Shown here: positions 40,651-53,625 of the stretch, one piece after another
Numbering within the stretch: position 1 is the first letter of the stretch
Layout of the letters: each line of letters starts with the position of its first letter
Origin: Octopus sinensis
Taxonomy: Eukaryota
NCBI RefSeq assembly: GCF_006345805.1
Contig: NC_042998.1
Coordinates: 109,368,001-109,432,000 of the forward strand
Direction of reading: 5' to 3'
DNA: 64,000 nucleotides
Translations under genes and position numbers: made by a program
The notes under the pieces: generated by a model
Told to the model about the DNA's origin: nothing
What the model saw: only the letters and a program-made list of their open reading frames with translations
The model's database searches: none

Positions 40651-41120
40651 CTTCTTTCTTCTTTTACTTGTTTCAGTCATTAGACTGTGGTCATGCTGGA
40701 GCACTGGCTTGAAATTTTTAGTAGAATAAATCAACCCCAGTATTTATCATTTTTAAAGCTTGGTGTTTATTCTATCAGTCTGTTTTGCCAAACTACTAAG
40801 TTATGGGGGTGTAAACACACCAACACTAGTAGTCAAATGGTGGCTAGGGACAAACACAGAAACAAACACATGCACACATATATACACACACACATACACA
40901 CACACACACGCGCGCGCGCGCGCACACACACCGCGCGCGCGCACACACACACACACACACACGCACACACAATAGGCTTCTTTCAGTTTTCATCTACCAA
41001 TCAACACACAAGACTTCAGTCAGCCTGAGGCTAAAGTACAAAACACTTGCCCATGCTGCTGTGCAGTAGGGCCAGAACCATGTGGTTGGGAAGCAAACTC
41101 CATGTGGCATAACCACACCT
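40651..41120 (-). mobile_element. SINE family A copy with an internal (CA)n/(CG)n microsatellite
   Basis: Reverse complement of the family A tail (cttttacttgtttcagtcat..) and head. Confidence 0.8.
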
Positions 41121-41539
41121 GAAGTAATATGATATCAGCATCATGAACCAAGCTCCGGTCTGATTTTGGCTTGGTCTGTATTGTCGGATGCCCTTCCTAA
41201 TGCCAATCATTCCAAGAGTGTAGTGAGTGCCAGATAGATAGACTATTCTTATTTATATAATATATATCTTATGAAAATGTTTTATATATACATATATTAT
41301 GTGTATAGTGTGTGTGTGTGTAAATATGTTTATGTTTGTGTGTCTGTTACTGTCTTCTTGCCTTGACATCACATAATAGTCATAAACAAATGTCAAATAT
41401 CTTAGTCATGCAAGCAGTGTCCTTCATTCCCAATCTTCCATGAGAGAACAGAAGATTGGAAACAGGTAAACGTTGCCTCACTTGAAACCAGATTAAGTTA
41501 GTTATTGGAAGGACATCCAGCTGTAGAAAATCTTCTTCA

Positions 41540-41571
<32 letters not shown>

Positions 41572-41604
41572 ATAATAATTAATTATTAATTAATTAATTC
41601 TACC

Positions 41605-41639
<35 letters not shown>

Positions 41640-41640
<1 letters not shown>

Positions 41641-42650
41641 TTCATTTCTTTTGAATATCTGGATAACATTGGGCATGTTGATGGAAACCTAAATGCAAAA
41701 ATCATTTCTCATATTCAAAGGGCAGCAAAAGCCTTTGACAGCCTTGAAACTAATGTCTAGTCACAATGCCATATTAATGCTGACACTAAGACCATGTATA
41801 CATCTCATTTATTTTTTCTGCGTTGTTGTATTCTTCTGAAACTCAGACAATACACATGCATCAAGTAAAAATATTGAAAATATTTCACTAGAAATGTCTC
41901 CACCACATACCCAAAATAAGCAGGTCCTCACTCATTCCTGACATTGAGGTTCTTGCTGAAGATAGAATCATGTCAATCCAAGCTATGCTTATTAGGAATC
42001 AACTACAATGAACAAATCATCTCATCCATATGGATGATGAGCGCATTCCCAAACAAATGCTTTTTGGTGAACTTATGCAGGGAAAGAGCAAAAATAGTCA
42101 GCCAAAGAAAAGATACAAAGACTCTTCAAAATTGAGTTTGAAATGCCTTAAATTATGTTATGAAAGCCTTGAAACTTGTGATGGATACTGAAGTGGGGAG
42201 AGCTATGATTTGGAGTGGCATTAAAGATTTTGAGCTTAACAGAGTTAAGTATGCTGAAATGAAAAGAAAATTTTGTAAAAAGAAAATTGATATCAATAGT
42301 ATTGCAAGAATTTCTCATCCCTTCTTTAAATGTTCTTTATACACAAAAGTATGCATATCTCACACTGGTATGTGATTACTCCAGCATTCCCATGTGGGTA
42401 AGGCATACATGGACTACTGGAATTTCATTCCCAATGATCAGATTCAATCCAAATCCAGTGTCTGTCAAAAAAAAAAACAAAAAAAAACCTGCAAGTCACA
42501 TGCAAGATTGAAGCAGTACTTGAATATTCATAAAAAAAAAACAAGCAGAAAACAGAGCCAATGCTGAAATGAGAAATTGCTGCAATATATGTGATCAGCT
42601 ATTCAAAATATCTTTCAGAGCTCAAAAGTCATTTAAGATCTCACACTAGG
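41640..42650 (+). mobile_element. Decayed BovB-like RTE LINE 3' region (second RTE family)
   Basis: Interrupted frames read DGNLNAKIISHIQRAAKAFDSL, IPDIEVLAE..SIQAMLIRNQL, HMDDERIPKQMLFGEL and KRYKDS.KLSLK, with a C-terminal C..C..SH..SH zinc-finger-like remnant near 42580-42650. Confidence 0.7.
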
Positions 42651-42931
42651 AAAGAGTGATTATACAAACTAGAGGCAAGCACAAGGTGATGAGCTGGCAG
42701 AATTGTTAGCACACCAAGCAAAATGCTTAGCAGCATTTTGTCCATCTTTATGTTCTGAGTTCAAATTCCGCCAAAGTCAACTTTGCATTTCTTCTTTTTT
42801 TGGGTTGATAAATTAAGTACTGGTTGAGTACTGGGGTTGATGTAATCGACTTAACCCTTCTCCCTTGTGCTTTTAGTAAAAAGGATTATAGGTACATGAA
42901 GAGGTCAAGCTCTGCAAGGAGCAGACAGCCA

Positions 42932-42972
<41 letters not shown>

Positions 42973-42985
42973 TATAAAGAGAGAG

Positions 42986-43032
<47 letters not shown>

Positions 43033-43179
43033 GAGAGAGAGATAGTAATGCATATAGTGGAAGACACTTATGATCACTTTGAAACGTCCTTTTATATAAT
43101 GATAATCAGATGATAACATTAAGCAGACAAATTAACAATATATTGCATGTGCTTAAGACTCACTAATTTTGATAAAGAT

Positions 43180-43245
<66 letters not shown>

Positions 43246-43346
43246 AATATAATTATACACACACATATATTTATACATTACATATATATATATATATATA
43301 TATAATGCGTAAATATGTGTGTGTGTATAATTATATTATCTATATA

Positions 43347-44001
43347 GACCTTTGAATGTTGGGCCTCACAGAGGCAATGATGAAAGACCGAGACCTCTGG
43401 AGATATGCTGTGATTGAGAAGACCCAGCAAGAAAAGTGAGATCACAGCCATAGCCTACAACAGTGTGGCATAACCAGCCCATTTAAAAAGTATCTTTGAA
43501 TCACTAGATGACATTCCATGCTTGAGGAGACCTATTGAGTTAAGTAAATCAAAATCAAATCAGATCCCAATCAAATGGAAATTGTAGTCGTGGCCATTAC
43601 TAGTGCTGGTGGTGTACGATAAGCACCATTCATTCATGTATGGGTTGCTGCCAGAGTCGCCTGACTGTCTCTCTGTGCCGGTGGCACATAAAAAGGCACC
43701 ATCCAAATGTGGTTGACGCCAGCCCCACCGCCCAGACTGGCTCCTGTGCCAGTGGAAAATAAAAAGCACCATCTGAACATGGCTGATGCCAGTGCCACCT
43801 GACTGGCTCCCATGCCGGTGGCACGTAAAAAGCACCCACTACACTCTCAGAGTGGTTGGTGTTACGAAGGGCATCCAGCTGTAGAAACATTGCCAGATCA
43901 GACTGGAGCCTGGTGTGGCCTCCTGGCTTGCTAGTCTCCAGTCAAACCATCCAACCCCATGCCAGCATGGAAAACGGACGTTATATGATGATGATGATGA
44001 T
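43347..44001 (+). mobile_element. RTE LINE 3' end (ORF tail, 3' UTR, (GAT)n)
   Basis: gggcctcacagaggcaatgatgaaagaccgagacctctggagatatgctgtg is shared with the 14019 copy. Ends gatgatgatgatga. Confidence 0.85.
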
Positions 44002-44742
44002 AAAATAATTATATATGTATACGCACATTCACACATACATGTGTGTTTGTGCATGCACAATAGATCTAGTATTCACAAAACACATTCATTTATACACACA
44101 CATACATACCAATGTACATGGATTATCTTTGCATCAACTCAATAAATAAGCCTTATATAAATAATTCCATTAATGATTGGATTTACGAGATTGATATCTC
44201 TGTGGACTTGTCTATAAGCATTTCTGTTTTATAGAAAATCATTAGTGAAGAGCAGTCAATAACACAACATCAACAACGAGAGCTTCTATGTCACCACTCA
44301 GCTTGCTAGAAATAGTTGTAGAAATAGTTGTAGAATCTCTCTGAACTGACAGCCAACTATGTGAAATAGGGAAGGGGCTCTTTGGATAGTGTAATACATT
44401 ATACTCTATAAAGATGGGATAGTTATGACAGGAACAGCTTGAGACCCACAATTAAGCACACCATTTTCATTGTCTTCTTCATCATTAACATTGACACAAT
44501 TGCAGTTATTGCCACCTTCCTCCTGCTCATTGTCATCATCATAATCAACAACAATAATAGCTTGTTAATCAAGTAACAACTTGAAATCACTATTTCTGAA
44601 AGTGACTCTACATTGTCACTCTAAATTTTCCTCAAATGACACACAATGTCTTAAAAATAGAAAGTAATATAGTCAATGGAATCACTATATAAGTAAATAT
44701 ACATATTTACATGCATTGTGAAAGCTGTTTATTTAAGTCGTG

Positions 44743-45129
44743 AATGGAGGCGCAATGGCCCAGTGGTTAGGGCAGCGGTCTCGCGGTCATAAGATCGCGG
44801 TTTCGATTCCCAGACCGGGCGTTGTGAGTGTTTATTGAGCGAAAACACCTAAAGCTCCACGAGGCTCCGGCAGGGGATGGTGGTGATCCCTGCTGTACTT
44901 TTTCACCACAACTTTCTCTCACTCTTACTTCCTGTTTCTGTTGTACCTGTATTTCAAAGGGCTGGCCTTGTCACTCTCTGTGTCACGCTGAATATCCCCG
45001 AGAACTACGTTAAGGGTACACGTGTCAGTGGAGTGCTCAGCCACTTACACGTTAATTTCATGAGCAGGCTGTTCCATTGATTCGGATCAACCGGAACCCT
45101 CGTCGTCATAACCGACGGAGTGCTTCCCA
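44743..45129 (+). mobile_element. Young full-length tRNA-derived SINE with a 12-bp target-site duplication
   Basis: A-box-like tggcccagtggttag and B-box-like ggtttcgattccc. Identical ATTTAAGTCGTG at 44731-44742 and 45130-45141; CpGs intact. An old relative lies at about 2290-2450. Confidence 0.9.
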
Positions 45130-45297
45130 ATTTAAGTCGTGTGTTTAATGTTATCAACTGATTTTTAAAACTGACAGGTACCAAGCATCTGTAAAACATT
45201 GTTATATCCTCTGCTTAAAGTTATCATCTGATAATTGTTACATAAAAGGTCTATATTTGAAAGTGATCACAATAACTGACTTCCATTACACACACAC

Positions 45298-45701
45298 ATA
45301 TGGTTAAGTGGTAAGAAGTTTTCTTCCCAACCACATGCTTCTAGGTCAAGTCCCACTGCATGGCAAGTTTCTTCTACTATAAGCCTCGGGCTGACTAAAG
45401 CCTTATCAGTGGATTTAGTAGACAGAAACTGAAAGCAGCCCAGTGTACATATATGTATATTTATATGTACATGTCTTTGTGTGCATGTGTTTGCCCCCCA
45501 CCACTGCTTGACAACTGGATTTGATGTGTTTAAGTCCCTGTAACTTAGCAGTTCAATGAAATAGACCGATAGCATAAGAACCAGGCTTTACAAGACAATA
45601 ACAAGTACTGGGGTTGATTCATTCGACTAAAATTCTTCAAGGTAGTACGTCAGCATGGCCATAGTCTAATGACTGAAACAAGAGAAAAAGAAAGAGATAA
45701 A

Positions 45702-45703
<2 letters not shown>
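45298..45703 (+). mobile_element. SINE family A copy
   Basis: Head gtggtaagaagttttcttcccaaccacatg, tail ..gactgaaacaagagaaaaag. Confidence 0.85.
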
Positions 45704-45736
<33 letters not shown>

Positions 45737-45737
<1 letters not shown>

Positions 45738-46159
45738 TCTTTTACTCTTTTTTACTCTTTTACTTGTTTCAGTCATTTGACTGCGGCCATGCTGGAGCAC
45801 CACCTTCAATCGAGCAACTCGACCCCGGGACTTATTCTTTTGTAAGCCCAGTACTTATTCTATCGGTCTCTTTTTGCCGGACCGCTAAGTAATGGGGACA
45901 TAAACACACCAGCATCGGTTGTCAAGCAATGCTAGGGAGACAAACACAGACACACAAACACATACACACAAGCACGCATATATACATATACATATATACG
46001 ACAGGCTTCTTTCAGTTTCCGTCTACCAAATCCACTGACAAGGCATTGGTCGACCTGGGGCTATAGCAGAAGATACTTGCCCAAGATGCCACGCAGTGGG
46101 ACTGAACCCGGAATCATGTGGCTGGTTAGCAAGCTACTTACCACACAGCCACTCCTGCG

Positions 46160-46161
<2 letters not shown>
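45737..46161 (-). mobile_element. SINE family A copy, tail-to-tail with the preceding copy
   Basis: ctctttttactctttttactcttttacttgtttcagtcatttgactgcggcc..ccacacagccactcctgcgcc. Confidence 0.9.
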
Positions 46162-46210
<49 letters not shown>

Positions 46211-46219
46211 TATATATTT

Positions 46220-46378
46220 TTATTTTATAGAAGGAGCTTCTACAGGACTAGAACTGTTTCATTCAAATGAAATCATTAGGAAGCTTGGTGTCAAGAATAG
46301 TTTTGGCATTTATACATTTCATTTGGATGATTTCATTTGAATGAAACAGTTCTAGTCCTGTAGAAGCTCCTTCTATAA
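46220..46378. repeat. Inverted repeat (about 55-58-bp arms, about 50-nt spacer) overlapping the G5A hammerhead motif
   Basis: tttatagaaggagcttctacaggactagaactgtttcattcaaatgaaatcat and its exact reverse complement starting at about 46327. The left flank is (TA)n. Confidence 0.93.
46235..46285 (-). ncRNA. Type I hammerhead motif with a G5A core substitution (probably inactivated)
   Basis: Minus strand reads AGCTTC CTAATGA TTTC ATTT GAAT GAAA CAG TTCTAGTC CTG TA GAAGCT: 6-bp stem I, stem III ACAG/CTGT, GTA triplet. Core is CTAATGA instead of CTGATGA. Confidence 0.6.
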
Positions 46379-46444
46379 AATAAATTAATTACTCTGCTAT
46401 GTATTGAGTACCTTATTACTGTGGTTAACCCGACTCAACCCGGG

Positions 46445-46501
<57 letters not shown>

Positions 46502-46915
46502 AAAAAGATGTGAATTCAGAGAATTGTGCAGCTGTCACAGAAACCTCATCTTTCTTTATTTGCATTAATTTGTGAATATACAATTGTATTGTACAATGCC
46601 AAGCATACATAGTAATGCAAACATGTAAGTATAATGTTTTCCACACAGAAATTAATAATATATGAAGAAGGTTGTGAAACAGTCATAATCCTATGGGAGT
46701 CACGTGGTTAAATAAATATATATACATTTATAAATAAATATATTTTATTTATCTCACCTAACTTTATATTTTTAAATACATATATATAATGCTTGAGAGT
46801 CTGATAAAGCTATAAGCTGTTACTCAGCCATGCATCTATGAGTCCACCACATCTTATAGTAGAAACAGCTGTAAGCTAAGTTCATAAGATAATTTATTCC
46901 TTTTCTTATATATAT

Positions 46916-47312
46916 GGAGTGGCTGTGTGGTAAGTAGCTTGCTTACCAGCCACATGGTTCCAGGTTCAGTCCCACTGTGTGGCACCTTGAGCAAGTGTCT
47001 TCTACTATAGCCTCAGGCTGACCAAAGCCTTGTGAGTGGATTTGGTAGACGGAAACTGAAGAAGCTTGTCGTATATATGTATATGTGTATGTATATATGT
47101 GTGCTTGTGTGTCTGTGTTTGTCCCCCCAACATCGCTTGACAACTGATGCTGGTGTGTTTACATCCCTGTAACTTAGCAGTTTGGCAAAAGAGACTGATA
47201 GAATAAGTACTAGGCTAACAAAGAATAAGTCCTGGGGTCGATTTGTTCAACTAAAGGCAGTGCTCCAGCATGGCTTCAGTCAAATGACTGAAACAAGTAA
47301 AGGTAAAAAAAG
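46916..47312 (+). mobile_element. SINE family A copy
   Basis: ggagtggctgtgtggtaagtagcttgct..caaatgactgaaacaagtaaagg. Confidence 0.9.
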
Positions 47313-47326
47313 ATATATATATATAT

Positions 47327-47521
47327 CTGGCACCTGTGTCGGTGGCACATAAAATCACCCACTACACTCTCAGAGTGGTTGGCGTTAGGAAGGGCATCCA
47401 GCTGTAGAAACACTGCCAGATCTGACTGGCCTGGTGCAGCCTTCCGGCTCCCCAGACCCCAGTTGAACCGTCCAACCCATGCTAGCATGGAAAGCGGACG
47501 TTAAACGATGATGATGATGAT
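47327..47521 (+). mobile_element. RTE 3' UTR-only copy within a TA array
   Basis: cacccactacactctcagagtggttggcgttaggaagggcatccagctgtagaaac..ggaaagcggacgttaaacgatgatgatgat, with TA repeats on both sides. Confidence 0.85.
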
Positions 47522-47556
47522 ATATATAGTGCATTTTCAACTTATATATATATATA

Positions 47557-48795
47557 TCAGGTCAATAAGAATGAAATGTCCGAATTTGAACTGAAAGTTT
47601 ATTTTACTTTATCGCAACAAAAAGCAATGTAGTTAATCAAAGTATGCACCTAAATTATCAACACAATTTTGCCATTTTATTTATGCCAACAACAAATAAT
47701 TCTGGAGATCAAGGCATGATAAAATCACAAAGGGCTGTTTTTGTATCTTCTTCAGATTAGAAGTTTTTTTCTTACAAAAAAAATTGTCTAATGCCTGGAA
47801 AACATGATAGTTGGTGCAAGGTTTAATGAATATAAAGGATAATAGAGTACTTCCTAGTTCAGTTCTTATAACTTGAGTAGAATTCTTTGTGCCACATGAG
47901 GTCAAGCATTGTCATGCAAGAGAATTATCTCTATTGACCAATCTCAGTTGTTTAATTGCAAGTTCATTCATCATTTCATCCAAATAGCTGATGTATATAT
48001 CTGCTGTAATTGACTTACCAGGTCTCTTGAAGCTGTTGTGGATGACACCAGTGCTGGACCACCAAACAAACACCATTAGCTTTTTTTTGGTGAATATTCA
48101 TTTTTGGATTGTGTTTTGGCACTTCGTCTCTATGCAGAACGCTTGCTATTGTTGAAAAGAATCCATTTTTCACCACACATTTTTTTACACAACAATACGA
48201 TGTAAAAATGGTTCACATTTATGCTGTGATAGCAAAGAACAGCAAGTTTCAAGGTAATGTGTAATTTGATGCTCGTTCAGATTGTGTGGTACCCACTTGT
48301 CCAGCTTCTTTACCTTAGTTGGAATTGAAACATCAAACCTTGCTGCTAACTCGCACGTAGTTTGAGATGTATCCACTTCCATTAGTTTCCAGCTCATCAT
48401 TATCCACCTTGGTCTCAGGTCTACCATGGGGCTGATTTTCAAGAGTAAAGTCACCAGACTGGAACTTCTCAAAACATCAACGTACAGTGTGCTTGTTTGC
48501 CACATCTTTACCAAACACCTCATTGATGTTTCGAGCTGTTTGGGATGCATTGGTTCCATGACAGGATTCATATACATAAACAATATGAATTTTTGATCTA
48601 TCCATGAATTCACAAAAATTGATTTATAAGAGAAAATTCACAATATAATCAGACATCATGAATTGCATTTCAAAAAGTGATGATGAAACTCTTCAATGTT
48701 GTAAAAACAAAGAATTGTCAGGATAAGATGTTAGAGTTAATGACTGTCAAACTTGGTACATAAGATAATCAGACATTTCACTCTTAATGACCTGA
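47557..48795 (-). mobile_element. Full-length decayed mariner transposon with Mos1-like TIRs (about 1.24 kb)
   Basis: TA-flanked TIRs tcaggtcaataagaatgaaatgtccga / tcagacatttcactcttaatgacctga. Remnants ELAARFDVS..KVKKLDKWVPHNL and EPFLHRIV. Confidence 0.9.
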
Positions 48796-49647
48796 TATAT
48801 GATTCTGCCATATATGTACATACATAAGAGATGCATTCTGGATGTTTTGAGACTTTTCTGGGAAAGATATTTATTAATTTCAAAGAACTACAAAACTCAA
48901 ATCACCTTCAAAGTAGGACCCTCTGATTTCAATGCACTTGTTGTAGCACTCCAGCCACCTTGTAAAGTCCCCATGCAAATCCTCCATAGTTTTAGCGTCC
49001 AGGACTATAACTGTTGTAGCCTGTATCTTCTTACTGGGTGACTAGTCAGTTTGCAGAGGAGTGGTACGTGTATACATTTGTGCATGTGTTAGGTGTTGGT
49101 GAAAACATAATGAGGGGGGAAAAAAGAGGGGTGAATAAGGAGAGTAAGGAGAAAGTAGGGAGATAAAAGGAAGGAGAAAGTTATATGGGAAGGGGGAAAT
49201 ATATATATGACTCAGAGGGAACAAAAGGATGGGCCAGAGTAAGAAGGGAGGAAAATAACACACACATGCACACGCACTTGCACACGCACACACACACACA
49301 CAGCTTAAATGTGGAAAATAATTATTCAAGGTACATACATTAAAATAAACAAGTGCATTTTATATATCCATTTTCTGGATATGAGACTGTGTTTTTAATG
49401 AAAAAGTATATATATAATTTATTTTGTGTGGTCTAATGTCTGGGTTTTTTTTTCAGTAGGGTTAAATGTATTTACATCATGCTCTTCTTATCACTAACTG
49501 TTGTTTGTATTTCAAGTAAAGAAGTTTTTATTTCACATGGCTAGAAAAATACCGAGCCAACAAATGATTTGTTACAACAAACATTACCATTTGTTGCTTT
49601 GTACTTCTTTTGCTGTGAAGCATGCAACACAGACACATACAACACAC

Positions 49648-49760
49648 ACACACACACACGTGCGTGCACACACACACGTGCGTGCACACACACACGTGCG
49701 TGCACACACACACGTGCGTGCACACACACACACGTGCACGCACACACACATGTGCGCGCA
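49648..49760. repeat. Alternating purine-pyrimidine minisatellite (unit about CACACACACGTGCGTGCA)
   Basis: Several tandem units directly visible. Confidence 0.85.
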
Positions 49761-52149
49761 CAACATACATGAATAAAACACTTTTTGGGCAGTTTTCATC
49801 TACAAAATTCACTCACAAGATATTGGTCAGCTGAGGGCTTCAGTGGAAGACACTTGCCTAAGGTGATGCACACCACATAGTTGATGCAAATTGTTTAACC
49901 ACACAAACATGCCAATGTCTAAATATATATAAAATCTTTGTCTTCATTAATAGATGATAGGACTAACTGTATAAGAGTGTCACTGGCTTTTATACATGCT
50001 GGCTTTGCTACAATTTTGTAAACCACTGGATTCGTTACATGCCAGCTGAAAATTAAGGAAAATTCAAATATTTTCTATATGTTTGAAATCTATACACTTG
50101 AAAGTTCTTAACCTTCAGAATGGAACATTAATAATACAATTCAGAAGAAGGCTATAATAATGTTAATAGTGATAGAAATGAATATTTAAAAGATGTAATA
50201 AGATTATTTCTTCATGGAAAAGTTGATGATACATACTTTATAACTTTAGGAGAAAAGAAAATCCTTTTGGTATCAATGTAGAGAGGACTAAAATTATTCT
50301 ATTCATGTGGATGCTAACAATGACCTCAGTAAGATCATATTTGATGAGGTCATCTTAATAATCAAACTCATCAATTACTTCCCGCATCAAGTGCTATGCC
50401 ACTCGCAGTCTCCATCATTGGTGCATTGCTTTTATATGCACTATCTTACAATCCATAACGGAATTAGATGCCTGCAAACACTGTTTACATAACCTCCTTC
50501 TTCAGTGTTCTGTTTAGCTTTGATAAATTATAATTATTATATAACTATATGTTATCCAATGTGGATAATATTATTCTACCTCCAGTAGAATATATTTCTG
50601 ATATTTAGAAACAAAGAGATGACTTTGAACTAAGGATTTCCTGATTCTCTTGTGATGATCTCCTTCATATCTATTTTCAAATATAGCTTTTCTGAGTTTC
50701 AGTAATATCCTGTGTACCTAAGATTAGAGACTTGATCATATTTGATGTAAGAGCAGATCTCAAATTTAATATCTTTGTTGATGTCAAATGCAATATGTAT
50801 GTACTATATTGGTAAAATCTGTGCTAACATACTATAGTGAGTCAAGAAATTGTTGATTAATTAAAATTACAGACATGGTGAGCAGAAAGAATCACTAGCT
50901 TAATGATTAATTTGGATCAAGAAAGTATAAGGAGACAATCATGATGTTTAATTAAAATAAAATAGAATGTGGGCAATGCAGTAAAAGGTGACTCTAATAT
51001 TTACAGTACAGGGCTAACTCAAGAAGCATTTCATATCAATGGATTTCCTCAGTGATTTGTAGTCTAAGTGACTGACAAAGATGACTTGCAGATGTACAGA
51101 TTTTTGTTGAATAAACATTGAGTGGCATGATAACATAAAAGAATGAAAATAGAGAATTAACCAAGAATTTATACAGCCTCAAAACAAAATTGAGAGGTTG
51201 GAGTTAATATACAAATGCTTGAATCTAACTTACTCTTTGGTTTTCATAAAGAGCATGTCCCTGGATATTTTACCTAAGTCCTTCAATGTACTGCATTATT
51301 TATTTAGCCCTTTGTCAAAAGATCCAAATTCCTTGACATTTTCCCATTTGGACATACAAATACAAAATAAGTGATTCTTTTTGGTAGAATATTTTCAAAA
51401 GTGTCTATTTATCTGTCTGTTTATCTCACTATCAACATATTTTTCACTCTCGTGACATATTCTTAATATACAAAATTCTGGTAAAATATACATGTTCAAA
51501 AATATGTTCAAGCAAATTAATATTACATATATGAATGATCTATATATTGCAACATTTTGAGTAGCAATTGCACAAAATATACATTACAACATAATCAGTA
51601 ATACATACATAAAGAATACATTACAACACATTTAGTAACAATTAACAAAAAAATACATCATCGGTACATGACAACATATTCAGTGACAATTATATAAAAA
51701 TACATTGCATCTTTCTTCAACAATTATGTATAAGATATATTCTAACGTATTCAGTAAAAATTATTTAAAAAATACTTTACAATATTTTCATTTACAATTG
51801 CATAAAAGATATTCTATTATTCTTGCATGAAAGCTACATTACAAGTCCAGTAACAATTACACGTATACATGTCATTTATTATGAACTATTTGATATCTGA
51901 TTCATTATTTTTGTTTTTGTTTAATTTACAGTTTGGTGAAGTATGAAGCAGATTTTGTTCTGTGTATCTGTTGATACATATTTCTGTATTTGCGACAGAA
52001 ATGCCTAATTACATTTTATCACCTTCCTTATATTAAATAATTTTGTGTTTATTGCATTTGATTAATTCTGCATTTTGAAATATAACAATAATTAATTAAT
52101 ATTGATTATTTTTCTCTTCTATTTTTCTTTTACCTTTGTCCCCTGATAG

Positions 52150-52368
52150 GAAGCACATTGGGCTGAGCAATATACTTGGGCTCTTTTCAAGGCTTTATCA
52201 CACATGCTGTGTATAGGGTATGGCCGGTTTCCACCGCAGAATATGACTGATACCTGGCTCACAATTCTTAGTATGCTTAGTGGCGCCACCTGCTACGCAC
52301 TATTCCTAGGTCACACGACAACACTTATACAGTCTTTTGACACATCAAGACGACTCTACAACGAAAAG
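52150..52368 (+). CDS. HCN: HCN channel internal exon: pore helix, CIGYG selectivity filter, S6 and start of C-linker ([73 protein letters not shown])
   Basis: Long pyrimidine tract then cctgatag acceptor, AAG|gtaatt donor, 219 nt, phase 0/0. CIGYG and the invertebrate-type RFPPQ..TD.WLT motif are present. Confidence 0.97.
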
Positions 52369-53329
52369 GTAATTATTTTGCAATTTGAAATTATCTAAAT
52401 TCTGTTAAATTCTAATAAATAAATTCATTTATTCACTCATTAATCAATCAATTAATTAAAATAATAATGGTTTCTATGGGGATTCTTCCATTTCACATTT
52501 TTTTTTATTGAAAAATATTCAACTTGCTTTACTATATCATTAGCAAAGTAATTTTGAAGGGCTATATATTATAATAGTACCTAAAATGAACTTAAAATTT
52601 CTTTAATTAGACAACTTTTTAACAAATGATACAAAGTCTGCCATAGCTTAGTTCCATATTGGTCTTTACATGTGAATGTATGACTGTATGTTTATGAGTA
52701 TTTAAGTGCCTTTATATATGTTCATGCATACTATGTAACAATTCATAAAATATGTTGACTGTTTGTTAGAGAGGGATCTTAGAAATATCTCAGTTGTCTT
52801 TCCTATTCTAAGACAGTGCAAATTGAATGTAGATTGGAGGAATTGACAGAGCATCAGACAAGTTATAATGTGTTATTTAGTTCAAGTTCTCTACTGTGCA
52901 TGTTTGACCCATTTAGGTTGGCCATTTACCATTTGAGTAGAAGTTTAAGTTATGTCCTTATCTGTTGCATAATTTTACCTCAATTTGAAATGAATGGTTA
53001 CCAGGGCACCCCACAATCATGTTCTTAATTCAAATACCATCAAGGTCAACTTTACCATCATGCTTCTATGGTTGAGAAAGTAAAGTACTTGTCAAGTTCT
53101 TAAGTCAATTTAATCAAGCTATTCAAGTAAAAGATGATGGGTGAGGATTCAAAATAAATCTTGTTAGCCTGTATATATGTGTGGCTGTATATATATGTAT
53201 ATTTATGATTATGTGTATGTGTATGTATAGGTGTATGCATGTGTATGTACATATGTGCATATATGTAAGTATGCATATGTATGTGTGTGTGTGTGTGTGT
53301 GTATGTATGCATGTGCCAGGACATACAAA

Positions 53330-53625
53330 TGGTTAGTGTCCAAAGGCACCATAATCCTTTGTAAGACGTAGCACCAGCAGAGGTTCTACCTCCTACAAAT
53401 GGAACAGAATTGCAGGGGCACAAAGGAAAATTAACTGTGCAAGTCCAGAGTCAACACTTTGCTTTCAGTTCCTGCAGACGACCAGTACCCAATCTGTGGT
53501 AGAGCCTTCCAAACATGCATCAGACTGATTGGTCTCAGCCAGACAGACCATGTTCCATCTTTTTCTTCCATTTGATGTCCTTGGTCATCTTCTTCAACAA
53601 CAATAACAGATAAATGAAGATTGAC
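53330..53625 (+). mobile_element. Decayed BovB-like RTE 3' terminus
   Basis: AQRKINCAS..YPICGRAFQTCIRLIG zinc-finger-like remnant followed by a tgatgtccttggtcatcttc tail. Confidence 0.45.

Noticed and set aside
44749-44820. tRNA-like sequence
   Set aside because: It is the head of a TSD-flanked SINE, not a tRNA gene.
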